DNA of 64,000 nt, from contig OZ316892.1 of NCBI GenBank assembly GCA_973895155.1, positions 6,252,847 through 6,316,846 of the forward strand. Reading direction: 5' to 3'. Numbering within the stretch: the stretch's first letter is position 1; each line of letters begins with the position of its first letter. A model generated the notes under the pieces. The model was not told the origin of the DNA. It worked only from the letters and a program-made list of their open reading frames with translations, and made no database searches. This document shows, piece by piece, positions 1-10,963 of this stretch. The translations under genes were made by a program, and so were the position numbers. This stretch comes from Marsupella aquatica (Eukaryota; Plantae; Marchantiophyta).

Positions 1-460
1 TGTTGCCAAAGATTTTGTTAAGAAAAAATATGTTGTGTTGCCAAAGATTTCGTTAAGAAAAAAGATGTCATGTTGCCAAAGACGTCGTTAAGAAAAAAGA
101 TGTCATGTTGCCAAAGATGTCGTTAATATGTGAAAGATGTTGTGAAGTAAGAAGATGTCATTAAGAACTATGATGTCGTGTTGCCAAAGGTGTCGCGAAG
201 AAAAAATGTTCTTATGTGAAAAATGTAGTGAAGTAAAAAGATGTCGATGCGCCAAAGATGTCTTTATGTCTAAGATATCGTCAGGTAAAAGATGATGTTT
301 CACCAAAGATGTTATTAAGTATTTTTTGTTAAGTACAAAATGGTCGATAAGTAAAGGATGTCGTTAGACAAAGATGTAAGTTGTGAAGTAAAAGATGTTC
401 TTAAGTACAATTGAAAATATTGCTAGTAAACCATGTTAAGTTAAGTAAAAAAGTTGTTAA
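1..460. repeat. Degenerate satellite-like array of AAAGATGT(C/T)GT-type motifs
   Basis: Repeated aagatgtc/aaagatgtt/gttgccaaaga motifs, with near-periodic units at the start of the window. Confidence 0.85.
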
Positions 461-1149
461 GTTGTTGCCACTTTTTTGCCACCCCTTGCATCCTGAAGCC
501 CCATTGATAACCCCAACGTTTTTGTTACGTTATTAAGCTGTTTGCTGAAAGTTACCATCATTGGCCGCTTACTTAAAACTTCTTACTTAAAGTTGCCGCA
601 ATAGCTTAATTGGCGTTGTCTGCCCCGATGTCGAGACCCCCTAGGGTAACGGCGCTGCTTGGCTGACTTTTCAATGGCCCTTTCCCTGCACTTGCATATA
701 TCTTGGAACCTCATCAGTAACCCCAATTTTTTGGTTACTTTAAGCTTAGTTTGATTAAAGTTGACTACGGCCGCTTTCTTGGCTTTGGCCGCCCCAACGC
801 CAATTCCCTTTGAGGCAACTACACGACTCAGCCCACTTTTCAACAAAACAATTTGCCTACCTCTTGCATGGAACCCCTTTGCTAACCTCATCCAAGTTTA
901 CTCGGCTCCTTAGTCGCCAATACCATGCCCCCTTGGGATAGTGGTGTGGTTTGCAACACTTTCCAATATTGGAGGACCTGCCACCCCCAGATCAACTTTG
1001 GTCTAGATATTTTGGCCCCCACCCCATGCCTCTTCCTGTGGTAAACAAAGTGGCAAGACATAACAACAACTGAGGGGTTGTTGGGGAGTTGGAACCCGGG
1101 GCAAGATTGAGTTAGGGTTGGAGATGGGACTTTGGGGTCCCGGGTTTAA

Positions 1150-1450
1150 AACATTAATTTTTTGTTTTTAGCCAATGTGGCAAATGTCAGCCTCTCAAAG
1201 GTAGGAGATGCTAGGAGTATTCTTCCACAATTTTTCTTGAATTATATCCTATTCGTCAGATATCACTAGATTTACATACAACCGTTAGATTTTGGCAAAT
1301 GAGGTCCATGATTTGGTGGGAGAGTGGCCAATGGTATGCAAAAAATCTAGCAAATTTTTGGCAAAAGTGGCGGAAAAGGTGGTGAACACATTTTGGGGAG
1401 GTAGAATTTGGCAAAAGCTTGCACCAAAAAAATACATTTATTGGATAGAG
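1150..1450. repeat. Dispersed repeat, reverse complement of ~44010-44400
   Basis: Shared blocks: agatgctaggagtattct, ttggcaaatg(a/g)ggtccatgattt and ggaggt(a/g)gaatttgg appear inverted at 44030-44330. Confidence 0.75.
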
Positions 1451-2875
1451 GCTAGGGCCAGGGTCGTGTCAGGAGTTATCATCGCTTCCTCTTCACTCTC
1501 CCTCTTCTGTAGTTGTTGTTGCTTAAAAGTTCTCATTAAATGCCAGGAGCCCTTATGAGCTCACATAGGCTACCAAGAGAGAACTTTAAATTCCAAAGGG
1601 AAAGAAGCTACGCTCCTCCCTTTCTCTTAAAAGTAAGTTGTACTCTGCTGGTATAACTGTACCTCTCTAGAGTACCTCTATCCCTTTTGTACCTTGTACC
1701 TGGGCTCCCAAGAGTAATGAGCTCATATTATGTACCTAAAAATACAATAGTACTTGTCTTGTGCATTTTTGTGTACCTGGTTTGTGCACACCATATGCAC
1801 ACCCTGCCCTGTACCAGGTTTTTCATGTTCTTTTTATTTTTCCCTTTATTGGTTTCATATTTACAGGTTTCAATTATTATCATCCAAAAGGACACTCCAA
1901 ATTTGAATGACGACCACTCCGTTTTTTGGCGCAACTATGTATTATAGTTTAGGATATATAGTTTAGTATATGGCGTACGATATCCCTCATATGACCGACC
2001 ACATTTTGATGTGCAATGGGTCCTTCGCTCGTGTCTGGCAGTCTTGCTGACGAAGCTCACATCAGACCGGAACGACATTCACAGTGACCAGGGATCACCA
2101 AAATAATGACGCCCACGGAATACTTTACTCCAAGGTCCTCCAGTCACCCCAGTCCTCGCGAGGTCTCCAGTGACCCAGATCTCGCAATGGAGTCCCTTCA
2201 GGAGCCTTCCAGGGGAGCTTCTCCACACTCACGAGGTGCAGTGGGCCCACGTACATCAAATCTTCAGTAAGAGAAGCTGCTCCTGGAGGTGCTGCATCGC
2301 GAGAAGTTCGTCAGGCATGCTTTGAATCATGGGATTCTGATAGTATAAAACAGAGTTCTGTGGATTGTAGTTCAATAGCTGAAGTGCAGATTCACAAGCT
2401 GTGTGTGAGCCTTAACGCAGTCAAGAAGATTTCTGAGCCTCTACAGCAGACGGGCAACGACGCCAGCCGAGTGCCATACTTCCCCAGCCATTGTGTCAGC
2501 CTCGTTGAAGGGAAATCCGCCCAGGTAGGTAACAGACTGTTCGGTGATTTATATCATGCATGATTGAGTTCGAGGTTGAATCGCTGCAGGAGCATTGTCT
2601 TTTTAGAAGATCGTCTGTACATTCGGTGAATTTGCATCTCGCATTGTCGATTACAGTATCTCCAGTTGTGTTTATATGCTGCACGATCAGCGGTTCCGCA
2701 ATTGCTAGTGATTTGACAAGAGAACCGTATCATTGGCAGTGCATGCCCATCTTACCGTGTTGTGCATTTTCTGTGGTAATTGTCTTGCAGGTGCAACCAG
2801 TACCTATTCGCTTGAACTCGCTATCCTCTGAGTAACGTACTTGAGTTCTGTCAGGATAAGTTATAGCTTAAGAAA

Positions 2876-3592
2876 ATGGGTGCCGTTGCAGACGCACCAG
2901 TGACTTTGTTCAGTTCCCCCATCAGTTGGTACGCACAACGGGTGCGAATTGCTTTGGCAGAGAAAAACATTGCATACACGCGGATTGATATTGACTTTGC
3001 CAACCGACCAAAGCTTCTGCTCGAGGCTAATCCCATCTGGAAGAAGGTCCCTACGATAATCCACAATGGGAAACCTGTGGCAGAATCGCTGATCATCTTG
3101 GAATACCTTGAAGATGAATGGCCGCAAGTCCCATTGATGCCTAAGGATGCTCATCAAAAGTCCCAGGTTAGGTTCTGGGCCGACTACATCTACAAAAGCT
3201 CCGACAAATTGATGGAAACCACAAGATCAAAGGCTGGATCTCCAGAGCAAGAAGCTGCTCAGAAAGAAAGCATAAAATTCCTGAAGACACTTGAAACGGC
3301 GATGACCAATTTCTCCACCGAGGGGCCGTTCTTTACGGGAGAGACTTTCGGGTTTCTGGATGTTGTGGTGGCTCCGTTAAAGAATATTATAATGTGGGCT
3401 GAGGAAGCTGGTGGCCTTGTCGTCCCTGGGCCTGATGAAATTCCTCGATTCCACAAGTGCATTGAGGCAATCAGCGCACGCCCAAGTTGCGCAGTGTCCA
3501 TTCCATCCAAAGAAGAGTTTTTTGCATTTTTCATTACCATGAGAGAAGCTAAAGCTAAAGCTGCAGCAGCGGCTGCTGCTGCTTCCAAATGA
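2876..3592 (+). CDS. GSTU: Tau-class glutathione S-transferase, 238 aa, intronless CDS
   Basis: N-terminal domain RVRIALAEK...LLLEANPIWKKVPTIIHNGKPVAESLIILEYLEDEWP, then P-D-x-Q-x-x-VRFWADYI and FFTGETFGFLDV, all typical of GSTU. Probable 5'-UTR intron ~2525-2790 (CAG|gtaggt ... ttgcag|). Confidence 0.95.
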   Translation: MGAVADAPVTLFSSPISWYAQRVRIALAEKNIAYTRIDIDFANRPKLLLEANPIWKKVPTIIHNGKPVAESLIILEYLEDEWPQVPLMPKDAHQKSQVRFWADYIYKSSDKLMETTRSKAGSPEQEAAQKESIKFLKTLETAMTNFSTEGPFFTGETFGFLDVVVAPLKNIIMWAEEAGGLVVPGPDEIPRFHKCIEAISARPSCAVSIPSKEEFFAFFITMREAKAKAAAAAAAASK

Positions 3593-6500
3593 GTGAAGGT
3601 TAGAGATCCTTACGACAACAGTATCAATGGCCGTTTTTTAAGTTCTTGTGATGACGCTTCCCTTCAATAACTTCGCATACGGTCATCTGTTGTGGTCTTA
3701 AGCTTGGGTTAGCGATTTTGTTTGCAACAATATATTTTATTGCACATAGCCCAGTCCGTCAAAAAGTCAATGTCAGGACGGCAGAGGTGCCTGTATGGGA
3801 TATAACCTTGAGGCTCTGTTTTGGATAACGAGCCCTACGTCAACACGTGACTCGGAGTGGAGAATAAGTCGAGAGAGTCCTTCATGATAGTCTTTAGTTA
3901 AATACGACCGTATTTAGTTCAATCGCTGTAATTGAAGAACTTTGACCGTCATTTGGTTCTCAATTCGCATTACTCGTGCAATTGATATTGCTTTATAAAA
4001 CCAGCAGAAGTGCAGACTTCTGTATTTTTGAGCGCATTGATGATTACATGTCAAGGATATGGCTTTTGGAGATTTTGTGTGCATGGGTTTTGCAGCTGTC
4101 GATAAATCGCTTAGGACTAATTGCAGTCACTGTCTCTTCTCCAAACATATGAGTAATATTCGCTTAGTTCATAGTTTCGTTGCTTGCCCGCTTCCTACGC
4201 GCGATGGAATTCGTGTCTTAATAGGTGTCCCTTGTCCCCGTTGATTGTGGCGAACCTTGAGATATGATGACATGTCACAATAGTTCTTTGTAGGCCCTAC
4301 ACAAATTTGAGCAACCGTGGAAAATTGGCTTCACAGTTCAGACAGTGTGAGGCAGAGTAATTGCAAGTCACACGTACCGTTCAAGTCAGTACAGACGAGA
4401 AAGCTGAGATCTGTATCTAACCTGTCCATGAACGAACGTAAAGAACAAGCTTAGTGATCATGACACTAGAGCGATGAGAAAGCTGAGCTCTAATTAATCT
4501 GACTTGTCCACCAACATTCTTAAGAAGAAGCTCAGTAAACTTGCTGCAGAGAACTTGTAACGGGCTTGTTAGCTGTTTTGCGTGAATGGTTTACAAGGTC
4601 AATCTAGGAATAACTTTCTGTGCTGGAGAGTACCTGTTAGACATTTTGCATGAGTGCTTCACTGTGACAGTTCTATGAATGAATATGTATCCACCCTTAG
4701 AATGAGCGACGAGTAAATTTAGATCATGCACGTACTTAGAGTACTGATGGTGTAGATCCTGAGTTCAATACCAAGAACCAGATCTCGACTTCCATACAGG
4801 GAAGCTCTCTTTGGTACACAAACCGCACAAACACAAGATCAAAATTTGGTCGAGAAATCGAGGTAGTATTCAATTAGTGTGATTTGAGTTCCAAATTGCC
4901 CCCAATCTTGAAAAAGTGTTCAGGACACTGAAAATTTGGTCGGACTAATTCTGCATGAAATCTAAACGATTTGTAGATATCAATCTATGCCATAATTAAA
5001 GCTACCTTCCATACAGATTAGGGATTAGGAACTCAGAATTTTGATATTGAGACTATGTGTGAGTAGGGATGTGTATGGGGAGTGTGGGATAGGGAGCCCT
5101 TTTTGTGTATATGCACAGGTATTCAGGCTAGTAACAGTGTGCTTAGCTGCAAGAATCTGAAGCTTGGATGGACCGAGTTTGTGAACCATACAATCCCCAT
5201 GGACCGTTGTATCCTTCAATCTCACAATTTCTCTTCTTGGGTTTGTTTGAAGCAGCTTGAGGAACGACCAACTTTCCTTAGAGAGGTAGTCTGGGGTTCA
5301 GTTCTTTAATCTCTGGAGAGATTCTTATCTTGGAAACTGAGATGAGAAAAGTTTCGTCCAAATTAGAGTTAAGTGAAAAGTCTTTTGGCTTGAAATTGAG
5401 AAACACCGTTAACACGGCTTTTCAGATCATAAAGACAAATTGAGTTGAGCCCGCCTTAAAGTTCTTCAACAACTGCATCTCCCAACAATATTATACGCAG
5501 ATTCAGCTACTACAGTGTAAGACCACTAACGGTAACTCCCAGCAATGTTTTTATTCTCTCTTCATTTGAGTTCTTTGGTGGATACTCGATTCTGAGTCTT
5601 ATGCAGATTGAACTGGAGCTCTGTACTAAAATTCTCTATAGTCTAATTAAGACATGGCATTAATTCCATACAAAGATGAAGAGACAATAATTCATCAATG
5701 TAAAAGACCCACAAAGCGAAGCGCCAATGCTACACCAATGGCTTCCAAAACTTAATCGAGTCTACCAGTTAAAATTCTCCCATGAAAATTTCTACAAAGG
5801 ATGTAGGTTAATGAGGAACGTCCATAAACGATGACTTTGTCCACTGACATCAATTACTTAGCAAGATCCGTCTATGTTTTTCCACATGATTATGTAATGA
5901 AACTTAATGTATGAATTTTTCTAGGTATGTTGGAGGAACTGTCGTAAAAGTCTAGATATAACATATGGGAATTCTCTATCACCCTGGCAAGTTAATGTGT
6001 GGAAAACACAATCATCTGTAGACTATTTCAGATTGGGAACATTTTTTGTCCTTAAAGCATTCTTAGTAGGCGGCAGGTAGTTTATGCGTTTTCAGCAGGT
6101 TTTCTAATTTCATTGACAGCTTGAATCGATCATGTCAATACTTGTGAAATAATAGCTGTATTTAGCCGTTACCTTTTGCCTATCTTGCAACCCTACAAAG
6201 CAAGCACAATTGTTTTTCAATCCATCCACTTTAGGACCTTTGGCAATCCATCGTTCTTTTCTCCTGCAACCATACTACGGCTTGTTGTAGTTAAGAGTTC
6301 ATTTTTTGTGAGAACAAAATAGCATGTTTCCCCTTTTTGCACATAGTTCAGATTAGAAATTGACTTTGCCAACATCATTTATCTTCATCAAAATTGTATA
6401 GGTATCATGTCACATGTTCATATAATACAAATAAACAATTAGGGCAAATAGGTTGTAAGAGTATATGTATGTGGTCAGAAAGTGAACTACAAAAGGGAAC

Positions 6501-6760
6501 ATGAGCCTTAGAAAAGATCAAAGCTCAAAGCTCAAATCAAAACCTTTTAACATTGGGTCTAACCTAAGACCTACAGAGAAGTTAGAAGGTTTCAACCAAA
6601 GAGGGAATGCAAAATCTAGAAACCTTAACCATGATCAATGATTGAAAGCTTAAGCTGTTCAGTTTGTGTTAACCAGGGCCTTTAAGTGACAAGTGAAATG
6701 ACAGTAATCTTCTAATTGCTGCAGTTTGATTTTGAGCATTAGTTGGACATCATCATCACC

Positions 6761-8588
6761 ATGGCGCACTTAGGAATGGGAACTATGTTCGGTATGACAT
6801 TGCTGGGTGACCCACAGACTTTTCTGCATACTCAACGTCGTCCTTTTTCAGGGTCCATCAAGGATGTTCCCAAGGAGATATATCTCAAACTGTTCATCGA
6901 GAAAGGTCGCTTCCATAACAATGAGGACGAGGTTCGACGGGCAATTTTGCCACAAATCTTTACAGATGCTATAGGAAGGCAGCTCAATGCATCCGAAGTA
7001 GATTTGATGCTCAGGTATCACTTCTCTTGTGTTCAATCATGTCCTATAATGTGCCTTGCAGATTGGGTCATGTGGATTATGCAATGTATGCTCTTCTGGC
7101 TGCTCTTTCAAGTGTGGCAATTCGAGGATGTGTTTTTATTTATATGTTGAAGTGGTTGTAGCTTCAACTAGTAGCTGCCTTACGACCTTTGGTAGCTATT
7201 TGGACAATCATACTTTTTGAGCATCAATGACATGAGTTAACTTTGCACAGATATTTCCATTTTAAACCAGGAAATATGACCTACGAAGAATTTGAAAGGG
7301 CTATAGATGACATGAAAGGTATCATTTGTTCTTCTTTGGAATTCCATAAGCTCAACCTATGCTCCATCCATACTTTTGAACTCGAGGTCAGTATTATTGC
7401 CACTTATAAAACTAACACAAAAATTAAAATGGCAGCCAAGCTGTAACTTAATTTGTCATTTTTCTTGATTTAAATTTGCTCACTATTTCTAGGATCACTC
7501 TCTATTTACTCACTGATGCTTCAGCATATTTTTGTTTATTTTCCAGCTAACAGAGCGGTGAGTCCTCCACCCATAATAACAAAGGTAGTCAAAAGTAAGA
7601 CTCCTCCACTTCATGCAAATTCTAAGTCTGTACTTTTAGGGTTAGTACTACCAAACTTTGTGAATCAAGTTTAGTTCTGATTATCCGTCTTCATGGTGCA
7701 AAGATTTTAGGATGATTGTTGAAAATTCTTGGTATTGAAGGACTCAAAAACCAAATTAGAGTCAAGGCAACCAGAAACGGGATTTGCATAACCTAAATTA
7801 GTTGGGGCCAAGTGACCTTAAGAGCTGTTACTCTAGCCACAGCCTTTGATCGTATATGAAAATATGACCAGGATTGAGTGGACACTGGATTTCTAGATTT
7901 GAAGCTTGTACTAGTATTGTTTAATTTGTCAAAATTTATGACTCTTGCATGCTGCAGGTTTGAAGGGGAAAGGGCCTCCAAGACAAAAGATTCTCAATTC
8001 TGAGGTATTCATTTTCTCAGAACCAAATATTTCCACCCTTCAACTGGATATGTTTGGTTCCTTCTTAGAAAAGTCTAGATTTGCAATATTCTCAGATTGT
8101 GCAATCTCGATCCCGTGTGCCAAAATAATTGAGATGTAAAGACAAAATTACGTATAAATTGTATTGGGATTGAATTTGAATATCTCCATGACTTGTGGGT
8201 TTGGGTATTGGAGAGAGTCGGAGCTGAAATAACTAAGCAGGAAATTTAATGTGCCTTGCAAAATCCCAACAAGAGTGGATAATGGAAATGCGTAAGAGTT
8301 CAGTCTTTTTGCATCACATTTACTTGATTTATGCGTGGAAGAAAATATTTGCAGATTGAAGACATGAAACACAAACACAGAAGAGATCCATTTGGACCCA
8401 CAGATATGTTAACAAGACCACTAACTACCAACATGGAGTATGGATGGGAAACCATGTTGTACCCGGGGGACTCCTCCATTCCTAATTCTGAAAAAAAAAC
8501 CTACTTCCCTAAAGGTGGGACGGATGTCACTCAAGGTGAAGGTCTCACCTTAGAAACATACTATGGAGTTGAGAACATTAGAATCTAG
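6761..8588 (+). CDS. FAP85-like flagellar microtubule inner protein (EF-hand-like core plus PLTT..EYGW motif), 4 exons, 200 aa
   Basis: Exons 6761-7014, 7251-7318, 7958-8004 and 8355-8588 join in frame through GT-AG introns (603 nt). Motifs FGMTLLG, GRQLNASEVDL, MTYEEFERAI, RPLTTNMEYGW and TDVTQGEGLTLETYYG resemble FAP85-family axonemal proteins as I recall them. Confidence 0.75.
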
Positions 8589-9139
8589 ACCTCATGGGCG
8601 TTACAGTTTATCACTTAGTCATGGTAAATGATGATCATTCTTAACCAGTTATCCCAATGCACCACTTGATCTTTATTGTTTTATGGCCCACCCCAAAGTT
8701 TTGAGCCTGGTTTTGAGGCACGAAAGTATGCATCGACTTCATTGTAGTACTCAGAACTCTTTTACTAAATCTCAGGAAATCCCTACCCATCGTCACCTTA
8801 GCAACACATTACATAGCTCTTGTCAAATACATAGCAACAATGTTTTTAAATATATAGCGACGATGAACGTCAAATGAAGGCTACAAAATTGGCAAGGAGT
8901 GTTATAAGTTTTGACAAGTTCTATCCCATGGAAAATATAACCTCAAACTCTACATTCATGCACAAGAGTCGAAGATGGATGTATCCACAAGAAGCTCATG
9001 CTTTTAGCAGCACCCCATTTGAGGTCATGTGTATATATACCAGCAGAGGTGTTATGTACACGATATGTTTTCCAGTGAGCTTTTTTGAGTTACTTTGGGT
9101 TGGTCTTTTGTGGATATCATCTTTTTTGCAACTCCACAG

Positions 9140-9432
9140 CTAGAGGAATGCAAGTGAAGAATGAAAAATTCATTGGAGAGAGAGGTGAATATCATGTGCG
9201 TCCTACTCTCCCCAGACCTGGGACTTCCAATGGGACTTCAGGATTTGGAGATATCCATAGGAGGCCAGGGACTTCTAATGGGACTTCAGGATTTGCAGAT
9301 ATCCACAGAAGGCCAAGGACAGCCCCCATCCGTACTTGTACTGGTCCTGTACATCTTCATCATCTTCAGTCGTCCATTCCCAGAAGAGAAGTCAATAAAA
9401 ATTGTCCAGTTGTGCGTGAAAGAAATGGATAA
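9140..9432 (+). CDS. Candidate coding exon or short ORF with RPGTSNGTSGFxDIH repeats
   Basis: Strong acceptor (ctttttgcaactccacag|), open frame to the stop at 9432, an in-frame 48-nt tandem repeat, and its own ATG at 9148. Confidence 0.4.
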
Positions 9433-10183
9433 TAAACTATAATGCCATGTCTCTTGCAAAAGACCTCAATATCCAATCCTAATGTGGGTTGCTTTGCTTT
9501 ACATGAATTTTCGTTCCCAAAAGTATTTTGATTTAATTTTCTCCAGAATGTCAGTCTTTACTTCCAATTTAGAATTATAGGTCAATTGAAGAGGTGTTTT
9601 CTATTGCAGTGCACCATTAGCTGGGTAGTCAAAATGATCTAGTCAGAATCCTATATTTCAAGCTTAAAACAGGCAAAGAATTTGGCTGAGATTGAATGTT
9701 TGGCAAATTCTATAGCCTCTATCCAAAACCTGAAGTGGTACAGAGCATTGCATGGTGGAATGTTCAAGGCTTATGCAACACTTCTGAAACTCCTTACACA
9801 ATTAATTTTCTGTGTCCTAACTTCACTACCCAATAATAGGCAGGGAAATGGGATGATTGTGGTACCACTACCAGGCTGCTGGAGTTTAATCTTCACAAGG
9901 TTTGTGTTTATTTTTGTTTTGAAATTTTGTTTTGCGTTTCAAATTCATGCCTTACTGACCAGTAACGCAATAGGAGAATGCATGGCCAAACCCACACTGG
10001 AGAAAGCTGATGGGCCAACAATTATCAAGAAGTATCCTGATGCGCAGACAAACATTATTTACAATTAATTAATTCCACTGCGGGTCTTGTGGAATTTACA
10101 TTGCAGAGTGGCTTGTAGAGGATGTTTGCGGTAAATAATGTTTACCCCTGGTTTTGGGAGGGTAAGGTGAGCTCACATGACTA

Positions 10184-10963
10184 CTGTCTTCCCCCGAACA
10201 CAACGCCCGGGAGTTGTGTTCGAATATGACTTTTTTTGGGCCCTAAAAATAAAAAGTGGTTTTTATTCAAACACAGCGTCGGATTAACACAACGCCCGGG
10301 CGCTGTGTTTGAGTTTGGCGTTGTGTTCAAAGTTAGTGCAACTTTGGTGTTGTGTTTGAAGTTGGCACATACTTTCAAAGTTGGCGCAGCACAGTGTCGG
10401 CGTTGGCTGTATGTGAGATCATATTTTGGTAGGTAATGTACATTTGAAACTGAACAAATGAAGTAGGCAGTCCATAGGTTTTGCAACAATTTATCAAGCA
10501 ACAATTTATCAAGCAAAAGCTCAGAACACATAGTAGACAACTTGTCCAAGTCTCCTTGGTTATGGTATTTTATTGTGCTGTTAGACATCTTTTATTGTTT
10601 GAGGCAACCAAACAATTGTATTATGGTATGACATGCACTAAGTTGACAATAGTGATGTTTTAGAACAATTTTTAGAATATTGTTGATTGTCACAAATTTA
10701 TGGTACTTGTGATTTGCAAGGTCTGTTCTCTTAGCTTCCCTTGTGTAATCCCAGTGTTTGAATTACCTACACATTCCCAAACACTTTATTTAAGACTTCA
10801 GTTAGTGCTTAGTACACAATACATTAATCTCCTACCCTTGTACACAAAGGCCTATACTCAAACACAACGTCAAACTCAAACCTAGGGCGCACTATTCGAA
10901 TATAGCGCCCCCTGGCCCACTATTCGAATATAGCGCCTGGGCGTTGTGTTCGGGGGAAGACGG
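10184..10963. mobile_element. Tc1/mariner(pogo)-type MITE, 780 bp
   Basis: TIRs C(T/C)GTCTTCCCCCGAACACAACGCCC at both ends, TA target-site duplication (10182-10183 and 10964-10965), internal repeats of the TIR motif, no transposase. Confidence 0.9.

Larger units (their letters stand above)
1..1961 (-). mobile_element. Non-autonomous Helitron-like element (copy 1; runs off the window start)
   Basis: 1901-1961 (tttgaatgacgaccactccgttttttggcgcaactatgtattatagtttaggatatatag) closely matches the 5' terminus of the Helitron at 49893-49953. 1-460 carries the same AAAGATGTCGTGTTGCC-type degenerate array as 48540-49100. The terminal TC is degenerate here. Confidence 0.6.

Noticed and set aside
1480-1580. 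LTR end plus primer-binding site (…gagctcaca taggctacc)
   Set aside because: Does not begin TGG like a tRNA PBS, and no partner LTR or TSD was found.
2040-2115. as-1/ocs element in the GST promoter (TGACG at ~2049 and ~2107)
   Set aside because: Spacing does not fit the paired 20-bp ocs consensus; single TGACG hits are expected by chance.
3259-3588. Antisense 109-aa ORF over the GST, and similar antisense ORFs over the TFIIIC, kinase and SET exons
   Set aside because: Shadow ORFs of real coding sequence, with no independent motifs.
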